Assembly (NCBI GenBank): GCA_919902675.1
Contig: CAKKRH010000009.1
Coordinates: 21,035-85,034 of the forward strand
Direction of reading: 5' to 3'
DNA: 64,000 bases
From: Omnitrophica bacterium GWA2_41_15
Lineage (GTDB): Bacteria; Omnitrophota; Gorgyraeia; Gygaellales; UBA12090
Below the pieces are notes generated by a model, which saw nothing but the letters and a program-made list of their open reading frames with translations, did not search any database and was not told the origin of the DNA. The number at the start of each line of letters is the position of its first letter. Position 1 is the stretch's first letter. The position numbers were made by a program, and so were the translations under genes. This document shows positions 27,620 through 34,622 of this stretch, piece after piece.

Positions 27620-27646
27620 TTTATGCACCTTTTTGAAAGCTGCGTT

Positions 27647-27736
27647 GTCGGTGCGCCAGGCTACCCTATCCTTCCTTAAAAGACTTAGGTCCTTTAGCTT
27701 TGCGCCATGCGGTTTCCCGCATTTTGCCCCGGCCTT
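27647..27736 (-). ncRNA. GEMM-I (c-di-GMP-I) riboswitch aptamer, copy 1
   Basis: This 90-nt RNA contains GGCAAA, a 6-bp helix capped by GAAA, GGCGCAAAGC, a CCUAAG tetraloop-receptor half, and GGGUAGCCUGGCGCACCGA. The blocks are colinear with the Vc2 aptamer as I recall it. Confidence 0.65.
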
Positions 27737-27800
27737 AATTTCCTATGCCGGCCTGCCGCCTTCTTAGATTACACGGCAGATTTTCGGATGTTGTAATTAA

Positions 27801-27829
27801 AGTATACACCATTAAATAACAAATTGCAA
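27801..27829 (-). promoter_or_regulatory. Promoter TTGCAA-17-TATACT for cassette 1
   Basis: Hexamers read on the minus strand with a 17-nt spacer, about 60 nt upstream of the aptamer. Confidence 0.5.
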
Positions 27830-27974
27830 TAGTAAAACAGTATTTTCAAGAAAACGCTTTCTTTGCCGCTATTGCGTCGAAATCTCATATTTGGACATCA
27901 AGGTAAAACAGAAAATAGCCATTCTTTACGATTCATTTTACCGTTAGTCTTTTATCTCTTATCTGAACGTTCGG

Positions 27975-28449
27975 CTATGGCCGTGGCATTAATAAGCGCA
28001 TGAACATGTTAGGCTCATTGCCGGACACATAACTAAAGGTTATTTGTGGCTTATATCTACAGTCAAACAGGGTTTTATTGGTAGTCAGGCCACTGGTAAT
28101 ATTAGTAGCATTGAGCATAAATTTATCACCTGAACCAAGGTAATAATAATCTATACTATCGTTATACTTATTAGGCGTGATATTATAGACGTCTTGCTCA
28201 TCCAAGAAACAAAATACAAACGCGCTTGATTTACTTTCGGTAAACATAGAAGCGTTTTCCACGCTCACCGCGCTTAAGGTATGCCGATGGATACTCTCCA
28301 TGGCGTAGGTGATCTGCAAACTGGCATTGCCGCGTTCCATACTACTCTTTATTTGAATAAAAATAAAGTTATGCCAAGCCATGGCCGCGGCGCTGAGCGC
28401 AATCGCTGCAATCAATTCCACTAAGGTCAGCCCGCTCTTTTTTTAACAT
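27975..28449 (-). pseudogene. Cassette 2, gene 5: minor-pilin-like gene, damaged at both ends
   Basis: ATG at 28449 followed by an A7 run gives MLKKER... out of frame. Deleting one A restores MLKKSG|LTLVELIAAIAL. The C-terminus ends early relative to the 22803 paralog after a local indel. No gene 6 equivalent follows. Confidence 0.65.
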
Positions 28450-28464
28450 AAACCCGGGTTTTAT

Positions 28465-29403
28465 TTAGTCCACCTCAGTAGCGAGTATGGATAATTCGGC
28501 TTTTCTCAGGGTAAGATTAGTATTCGCGTATCCTGTGGTATATTCATAATTACCGGTGGTCTGATTTATTGTCGGCCGGTCATAATACCATTTTACCTCA
28601 ATTATATTATCGCCGCGGGGAGGCACGCCCTTTAACACCACCATATTATTAAATGAAAGCTGGGTTTTTATGGGGGTGCGCGTCTCTACACCGGTGGCAT
28701 TGGTAGTGGTGCCATTACCATAAAAACAAGTTGAATAGATAGTATCAATAGGCTCTATCTCTGCCCCGTCATCAGTGCTGTCTATGTCCGCCGCAACGCT
28801 ATAAGAAACCGCTATATCTTTAGTGGTCGCGAATTCAAGCTCATCGTTTTTCAGCCTTAATTGACCTACAGTTTGATAATTAGGTAAAATAAATTTAGCA
28901 TTTTGAATAGCAAAAGGAACCTTCGCGCTGCTACTCGGAATGGCCCTTGAAGCTGTATGCGCCGTGGGATAGGGAACAATATTGGTCAGACGGATATTTT
29001 TAGTGTCTAAGCCGCCGCGGCCGTCTTCCTCCGGATAAGAAACAATCACCTCCATATCCCTATAAGGTATAATTGTAGCATTGGTAGTGTTGCGGGTAAC
29101 CACACTGACGGTCCAGTTATAAAAACCTTCCCGGCCCGATTGATTACCGCTTAAAACAGCATAACCCCGGGCCGAATATTCTTCCATTTTGCTGGTAGCC
29201 AGGCCCATAGCCTGGCTACGGTATTCCGCCTGCTTCAAAAAACGCTTGCCGGCCACCACGGTAACTCCGAAAGCCCCCAGCCCAATCATTATCAGCAAAG
29301 CGCTGATCATCACCTCCAGAAAAGTAAACCCCGATAGAAGCATCTTATTTCTTCCAGGCTGTTCCATAGCTTCTAACGGGGTAAACCCCTTTTCCTGACC
29401 CAT
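28465..29403 (-). CDS. Cassette 2, gene 4: PilV-like minor pilin with a partly duplicated N-terminus
   Basis: 312 aa. MGQEKGFTPLEA followed by MEQPGRNKMLLSG|FTFLEVMISALLIM. Paralog of 23417..24337. Confidence 0.7.
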   Translation of the reverse strand: MGQEKGFTPLEAMEQPGRNKMLLSGFTFLEVMISALLIMIGLGAFGVTVVAGKRFLKQAEYRSQAMGLATSKMEEYSARGYAVLSGNQSGREGFYNWTVSVVTRNTTNATIIPYRDMEVIVSYPEEDGRGGLDTKNIRLTNIVPYPTAHTASRAIPSSSAKVPFAIQNAKFILPNYQTVGQLRLKNDELEFATTKDIAVSYSVAADIDSTDDGAEIEPIDTIYSTCFYGNGTTTNATGVETRTPIKTQLSFNNMVVLKGVPPRGDNIIEVKWYYDRPTINQTTGNYEYTTGYANTNLTLRKAELSILATEVD

Positions 29404-29411
29404 CTAATTTA

Positions 29412-30407
29412 TTACTCCTCACTCCTCTGGCTGGTAACGGGAAAAACAGTAACTACCAGATTGCGCTGGTTCTTCGGGCTTTTTATCCTCATTGAGGTCT
29501 CATTATACCAGCGGACCTCAAAATCAACGCTCAGAGGAACCCTTTCTGTGGCAAAATCAGCAGGAACGAGCACATAACTGCCGGTAATGGTAGGATCCCC
29601 AATGTTACGAACCCCACCCTTTCCGGATGAAGGAACGGTCATCTCGGCTATCTGCCCCACCGGGGCATACCCATCGTTAAAAGGACTTGGATATCTTGTG
29701 CCTTTAACATACAATTGAGTCTTAAGCGGTCCGGCGGGAAATTCCTCATCGACAGTGGCGTGAAAAGGACTGCAAAGATAAGGAAATACCGCGAGTATCC
29801 TCGAGGAGGCCTCTAAGCGCACTGTCCAGGAAAAGAGTACTTTGGTGATATTCCGATAGCCTGCGTACAGTTGGACGTTCCCGGACAATCCAGAGATAGC
29901 CTGATATTCACCTTCATCTAAATCTTCAGTACTTTCATTCGGCACACCATCAGTATCCCAACCGTTTTCTTTACAAGGTTTATATATATCTTGACATTTG
30001 CCTTCACTATCACAAGTCCTTTTGGCTCGAGCACAATTACTATAGTTGCAATATATACCTACTTTCAGACTACAATCAGTATTAAGAAATTGCTTTTGAG
30101 ATTCGCCAGTTTTATCTTCATATGGATTGCTATAAGCAGCCCATATGCCTCCAGCTGTAGATATGGGCGTCCAACGGTCCTTTTCGCTCCACTCGTCAAT
30201 ACATTTGGAGGTTTCACCAAGGCCTCCATCAACATAATTGTAGAATTTCGGAAACATGGTCGGCTCCAGATAGGCGTCCTTCTTTCCGATAAACTCCTGA
30301 ATAGTTAAAGCTTTACCCGGGGTGGTTACCGTTTCATCCGCGCCAAAACCACACCTGACCAAAAAAAAACTTATAAAAATCATCCCGGAAAAAAATATTT
30401 TTTTCAT
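29412..30407 (-). CDS. Cassette 2, gene 3: secreted Cys-containing protein, unknown family
   Basis: 331 aa. Paralog of 24353..25357. Confidence 0.75.
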   Translation of the reverse strand: MKKIFFSGMIFISFFLVRCGFGADETVTTPGKALTIQEFIGKKDAYLEPTMFPKFYNYVDGGLGETSKCIDEWSEKDRWTPISTAGGIWAAYSNPYEDKTGESQKQFLNTDCSLKVGIYCNYSNCARAKRTCDSEGKCQDIYKPCKENGWDTDGVPNESTEDLDEGEYQAISGLSGNVQLYAGYRNITKVLFSWTVRLEASSRILAVFPYLCSPFHATVDEEFPAGPLKTQLYVKGTRYPSPFNDGYAPVGQIAEMTVPSSGKGGVRNIGDPTITGSYVLVPADFATERVPLSVDFEVRWYNETSMRIKSPKNQRNLVVTVFPVTSQRSEE

Positions 30408-30426
30408 CTTAAAACCCTCCTTGAAG

Positions 30427-31770
30427 TCATTCTCTTACCCGAGTAACAATTAGACTCATCCGCGTAATTTCTACCTCATAAGAAGTATCCTCATCATCAT
30501 TCATAAAGTAATAGACCCGAATCTGATAGCTTTTTCCCGGGCTAAAAGTACCTTTAGAAATAAGAGTTGTCCCGTATATGGAAAACGCGGCGTTTAAGCT
30601 CTTCTGATGCAGATTACTGCTATAATAAACTATCGTGTTAGACGCGGGATCTACCACCTTAACCATAGTATAAAACTTAGCGTTTTCGTCATTTTTAGCC
30701 TCTCGCAGGGGTGTGGTATTAATCTGCCAGATTATATTGTAGGCCTCACCGGTTCGAGCCACAAAATCATAGTACATATTGCGGTCTATTTCCACAAAAC
30801 ATTCATTCGTACCACCCTCAAGGCATTTTTGCGCATTCTGGTTGAGCCGGGCGCACTGGCCTGCCGTAGCCTCATAACACGCAGGCTTGACGGCTATTCT
30901 CTTGGCACAACCAGAGTCAGTACAATTAGCTTTATACCCGGTTTCGCAAACCGCGTGCTTACAGCACTCCACCCTATCCTTGCATTCCTCGTAGTTATCA
31001 GCATAAGTAGTGCAGGTATTAATGCAAGTCTTAAACGCGGAGTTAAGCTTATATTCATAAGAAGCACCTATAGCAGTTACCTCATAAAAAGAGGGCAGGT
31101 CATCACATCTGGATGGACCGAAAGTCTCGGAGCAAGGCTGAAAAGAAGGGCGGCTGTTGGGAGTGCAACTTGGTGTTTTCGGACAGGTCCAAACCCTATT
31201 TTTACCGATTCCTGTTATAGCGCATCCAGAGCAACCTGCCGGTGCCAGCTCAGCGCTAAACTCATCCGGACAGCCTCGATTCTGCAGGCCATAAGGAGAG
31301 CCGGACAAAACTAGACCTTTGCTGCATTTAAGAGTATGACATTGAGTCTCATCGTCATTCCCTCGCGAACCGCAATTAACGCAGTCATTATCGCTAGTTG
31401 TATAATCACATTCGGTTTGCGGGCAATCTTTGATCTTAAAAGGAGCCTCGGTGCAGACATAATCAGCCGATGTATCATCTACGCTGCACTTAATTACCCT
31501 GGGAAGAGTAGCAGTCAGGCAGCAATTCGGACACAATTCCTTTAAATCAAGACAATCATTACATTTTTTAGCTAATCTAAATAAACCTGAGCAACGGGAA
31601 CAATCAATCTCAGCTACTGCCTTTTCACCGGCAAGATAATCCCGTGAAACCATCTCAACCTCATGATTAGCCGGCATGTATTTAATACTCCTATCTCTTG
31701 AATAAGCCGGATGGTTAAAAGAAGCCAGTAACACCAGCAGTAAAATTAAGGCCTTTTTATTTTTTACCAT
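30427..31770 (-). CDS. Cassette 2, gene 2: large cysteine-rich secreted protein (no Pro/Thr/Cys insert)
   Basis: MVKNKKALILLL signal from the ATG at 31770, which has the same ATGGTAA overlap with the pilin stop as copy 1. The ORF track starts 9 nt upstream. Confidence 0.75.
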   Translation of the reverse strand: MVKNKKALILLLVLLASFNHPAYSRDRSIKYMPANHEVEMVSRDYLAGEKAVAEIDCSRCSGLFRLAKKCNDCLDLKELCPNCCLTATLPRVIKCSVDDTSADYVCTEAPFKIKDCPQTECDYTTSDNDCVNCGSRGNDDETQCHTLKCSKGLVLSGSPYGLQNRGCPDEFSAELAPAGCSGCAITGIGKNRVWTCPKTPSCTPNSRPSFQPCSETFGPSRCDDLPSFYEVTAIGASYEYKLNSAFKTCINTCTTYADNYEECKDRVECCKHAVCETGYKANCTDSGCAKRIAVKPACYEATAGQCARLNQNAQKCLEGGTNECFVEIDRNMYYDFVARTGEAYNIIWQINTTPLREAKNDENAKFYTMVKVVDPASNTIVYYSSNLHQKSLNAAFSIYGTTLISKGTFSPGKSYQIRVYYFMNDDEDTSYEVEITRMSLIVTRVRE

Positions 31771-32165
31771 TGGTCGCACTCCTTTTGAATAAGGCCGCCT
31801 TGATTGTTAATAGTCATATTCCTACCACTGCAGGCCAAACCGGAACCCGTGCTGCGCTTAGCCGTGGCGATAAAGCTTGGACTGGTGGTTGTGGTAATAA
31901 AATAGGTAAAATTAGTTCCTTCCAACTTAATTCCCAAATTCAAACTATCACTTATATCATCACAAGGTGAGGCGCAATTATAATATTTCCCTTCACCCAG
32001 ATAGTATCTCTACTAGGCAGCATAGATTAATTGCAAGTTAGCCTTCGCCTCTTTGGCCATATTTTTTTCTGAAGACCGGCTAAAATTGCCCATATTCAGG
32101 CTAACCAGAATTCCGATAATTATTAAAACTACTAATAGCTCAATCATAGTAAACCCCGTTTTCAC
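31764..32165 (-). pseudogene. Cassette 2, gene 1: pilin-like gene with two adjacent in-frame amber codons
   Basis: Manual translation: VKTGFTMIELLVVLIIIGILVSLNMGNFSRSSEKNMAKEAKANLQLIYAA**RYYLGEG... TAG TAG at 32010..32015 aligns to CAG CAG (QQ) in the copy at 27093..27464. Confidence 0.75.
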
Positions 32166-32243
32166 TCAATAAGCTCCCTTAGGCGCGATAAATCGCGCCG
32201 CTTAGCGAAACGAATAACCACAACAAGCTTTTAAAAACTCTTG

Positions 32244-32282
32244 AAATAAAAAAGCCAAACTCTCCTTCGTAGGATAGCTTGG
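32244..32282 (-). terminator. Intrinsic terminator of the riboswitch leader (copy 2)
   Basis: Same sequence as 27581..27619. Confidence 0.6.
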
Positions 32283-32309
32283 TTTATGCACCTTTTTGAA
32301 AGCTGCGTT

Positions 32310-32562
32310 GTCGGTGCGCCAGGCTACCCTATCCTTCTTTAACCCGGAATTTGCAATAGTAATGGCATTCGCCGCCAAATAAGGGCGCATCTTCGTCAGA
32401 AAAAAGCGCTTACATACTAAAAGTATGCGCGCACTTTTTTCTGCCAAATCTACACCCTTCTTTGGCGTCTCGGTGCCGCATTCCTATTGCAAAATCCGGG
32501 TTTAAAAGACTTAGGTCCTTTAGCTTTGCGCCATGCGGTTTCCCGCATTTTGCCCCGGCCTT
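32310..32562 (-). ncRNA. GEMM-I riboswitch aptamer, copy 2, interrupted by a 162-bp MITE
   Basis: The two aptamer halves match copy 1 except for one substitution beside the insertion site. They are separated by the element at 32341..32502, which is inserted between the CCUAAGUCUUUUAA segment and the 3' strand. Confidence 0.6.
32341..32502. mobile_element. MITE-like hairpin element (long form)
   Basis: Terminal inverted repeats AACCCGGAATTTGCAATAGTAATG / CATTCCTATTGCAAAATCCGGGTT. It is flanked by TTTAA on both sides. The empty site is visible in leader copy 1 (ccttccTTAAaagac). Confidence 0.8.
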
Positions 32563-32626
32563 AATTTCCTATGCCGGCCTGCCGCCTTCTTAGATTACAC
32601 GGCAGATTTTCGGATGTTCTAATTAA

Positions 32627-32655
32627 AACATACACTATAAAATAACAGATTACAA
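32627..32655 (-). promoter_or_regulatory. Promoter TTGTAA-17-TATGTT for cassette 2
   Basis: Positional homolog of the 27801..27829 promoter, with weaker hexamers. Confidence 0.4.
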
Positions 32656-32858
32656 GAGCAAAACCACCTTTTTAGGAAAGCGCTTTCTTTGGCCTTCTTA
32701 TCGTCGCATACCTGAATTTTGACATCCGGTTAAAATGTGAAATAACTAAAAAATGCTTTTGGGACTTTTAAAAAACCGGTCTCGCGAAAGACTTACAAAA
32801 AGAACGGCTGTTTTGTTTATAAACAGCCGTTTCCGCGAATAACCTTATCATTAATTTT

Positions 32859-33062
32859 CTATCTCCGAAGGGAAATATTATAATCACTGCCCTCCTGGCT
32901 TAGGATTATATGGCCTTCCCTGGCCAGCCACCCCAGGCTCATCAATAGCAAATCCTTAGACCGGTCTATATCTTTGCATAGGCGGCTCAGGACGGCGCTA
33001 CCATCATGCTGATCCAGATAATGCCAAATATCGCCTGCGGTAATGCCTATCTCGGTAATCAT
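32859..33062 (-). CDS. Small winged-helix protein (DUF2582-like)
   Basis: MITEIGITAGDIWHYLDQHDG..LLLMSLGWLAREGHIIL pattern. The likely start is the internal ATG at 33062. Confidence 0.55.
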   Translation of the reverse strand: MITEIGITAGDIWHYLDQHDGSAVLSRLCKDIDRSKDLLLMSLGWLAREGHIILSQEGSDYNISLRR

Positions 33063-33233
33063 ATCCAGTCCTCCTTTGGTTAAATTAAAACTACCAATAT
33101 CCAAACAAGGTTTTTTGCCGCTTGAATTCTATTACATGTTATTAACTAATATATACCATACTTTTTGCTTATTTCAAAATAGATTTTGCCTGCCCTGCGC
33201 GCTAAGCGGGGATTTTTCGCGGCGTGCGACGCT

Positions 33234-33635
33234 CTAATCCCTGTCTGTGGCGATGTTTACCTGCTCAACCCCTAAATCCCGGGCCATATCCCAGACCTCA
33301 ACCACCCGGCCCAGCCTTGCTCCCTGATCCGCCATAATCAAAACCGGGCGTTTGGTTTTCTTGGCCTCATTAAGGACAATCTTGATCTCTTTGGCAGTCA
33401 AAACCTTTTTATCCAAATAAATGACATTTTCCCGGCTGATAGTAATAATAATGGTGTCTCCTTCACTATTCTCAGCGCTTACCGCCTTGGGTAGATTCAC
33501 CTTGATTCCCGACTGCACGATAAAACTTGAAGTAAGCATAAAAAATATCAAAAGCTGAAACACCATATCTATCAAAGGAGTAATATCAATCTGGCGCAGG
33601 CCGTGTTCCAATTCCATATGTCTTTTAAAACGCAT
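33234..33635 (-). CDS. ExbD/TolR family biopolymer transport protein
   Basis: 133 aa. ITPLIDMVFQLLIFFM TM segment and a periplasmic domain. Confidence 0.85.
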   Translation of the reverse strand: MRFKRHMELEHGLRQIDITPLIDMVFQLLIFFMLTSSFIVQSGIKVNLPKAVSAENSEGDTIIITISRENVIYLDKKVLTAKEIKIVLNEAKKTKRPVLIMADQGARLGRVVEVWDMARDLGVEQVNIATDRD

Positions 33636-33660
33636 TTTATTTCACCTCTTTAAAAATCAT

Positions 33661-33793
33661 CAATAATTACAAATAACCAATTACCAAACATCAATAACCA
33701 AATAAATCCCAATAACCAATAATCAAACCTTTGATGATTGGGTATTGGTGATTGGTTATTATTTGGTTATTGGAAATTGGTTATTGATTATTT
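33661..33793. repeat. Long imperfect hairpin built from degenerate AATAACC-type heptamers
   Basis: The left arm (33661..33727) and right arm (33730..33793) are roughly complementary around tcaaaCCtttga. The same heptamer family flanks the repeat at 62281..62535. Confidence 0.8.
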
Positions 33794-33816
33794 CAAATTT
33801 AATTATCATCAGCTTC

Positions 33817-34449
33817 TCATTCCGTCAGGAAATTCACCAATTCGGTTGCCGCTTTTTCCATCTCTAAAATCATGGAGTTAACCCTGCCTACTAAGTAATT
33901 ATAAGTGATAAAAACCGGTATGGCCACCACCAGGCCTGCCACCGTGGTTAAAAGCGCCTCCCAGATTCCCCCTGCCAGGTCTCCCGGGCTGACCGGATGG
34001 CTGGCCGTAGACTTAAGCTGAATAGCATTAAAACAACTGACCATTCCGGTAACCGTGCCCAAGAGCCCTAAAAGAGGAGAAATATGGGCAATGGTGGCCA
34101 GGACAGCCAAATTCTTCTCTAATATCGGTATCTCATACAAGGAGGCGTCTTCAATAGCCTCCTTAATATCCTGGCGGCTCTTGCCGTGCTTTAATATCCC
34201 GGCCTTTAATATCTGGCCTACCGGGCTTAAAGTTTTATCGCAGTCATAAATTGCCTCTTTTATCCTCTGCTGTTTTAACTTTTCTAATATATTCCTCAGG
34301 AAATAAGTGGAATTTATTTTTATCTTCCTTAGATACCATAATTTCTCTATTACTATGGCCAGAGCCCATATTGAACTGATAAGTATGGGCCACATAATCG
34401 GCCCGCCGGCCAAAAAAACCTTCCAAAAATTCATCTGCCAAATGTTCAT
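33817..34449 (-). CDS. MotA/TolQ/ExbB proton channel family protein
   Basis: Three TM segments and the conserved SPLLGLLGTVTGM motif. The likely start is the ATG at 34449, since the longer ORF runs into the repeat hairpin. Confidence 0.85.
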   Translation of the reverse strand: MNIWQMNFWKVFLAGGPIMWPILISSIWALAIVIEKLWYLRKIKINSTYFLRNILEKLKQQRIKEAIYDCDKTLSPVGQILKAGILKHGKSRQDIKEAIEDASLYEIPILEKNLAVLATIAHISPLLGLLGTVTGMVSCFNAIQLKSTASHPVSPGDLAGGIWEALLTTVAGLVVAIPVFITYNYLVGRVNSMILEMEKAATELVNFLTE

Positions 34450-34467
34450 TTCAAACCTCCGTATAAA

Positions 34468-34622
34468 GTAGTAAACTCTAAACACTAAACCATAAATCCT
34501 AAACAAACCCAAAAGCTAAAATCCAAAACTCAAAACCTAAGACAATTTTTTCAGGTTTGGATAATTTGAGTTTTAAGCTTATGTTTAGTGTTTTGAGCTT
34601 AGGGTTTGTATTTCTAAAAGCC
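34468..34622. repeat. Long hairpin of CTAAAAC/CTAAACA-type heptamers overlapping the 3' end of the TPR gene
   Basis: The arms lie either side of gacaattttttcagg. The right arm encodes the last residues (EIQTLSSKH) of the 787-aa protein. Confidence 0.7.

Noticed and set aside
27465-27800. The leader as another riboswitch class or ncRNA (cobalamin, SRP RNA, RNase P RNA, 6S, tmRNA)
   Set aside because: No B12 box, no GGAA/AGCA SRP motif, no RNase P GAGGAAAGUCC motif and no tmRNA tag frame were found. The block order matches GEMM-I instead.
30607-31314. 235-aa plus-strand ORF, plus similar long antisense ORFs at 16593..17159, 41308..41772, 14620..15054 and 37820..38218
   Set aside because: All lie entirely inside well-supported minus-strand genes (Cys-rich protein, pilQ, nadX, pilB, uvrA). 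They have low-complexity, motif-free translations typical of antisense shadow frames.
32010-32015. TAG TAG as possible stop-codon reassignment or readthrough (Gln)
   Set aside because: TAG is used as the terminal stop of several well-supported genes here, with stop codons at 12967..12969 (pilC), 11100..11102 and 22456..22458. A pseudogene is therefore the simpler reading.
32202-32447. 81-aa ORF
   Set aside because: It spans the riboswitch leader and the MITE. The same sequence is non-coding in the other leader copy.
33661-33793. Possible CRISPR array, because of the repeated AATAACC-like units
   Set aside because: The units are 7 nt and degenerate, with no unique spacers, and they form a single hairpin. 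No CRISPR array or cas genes are present in the window.
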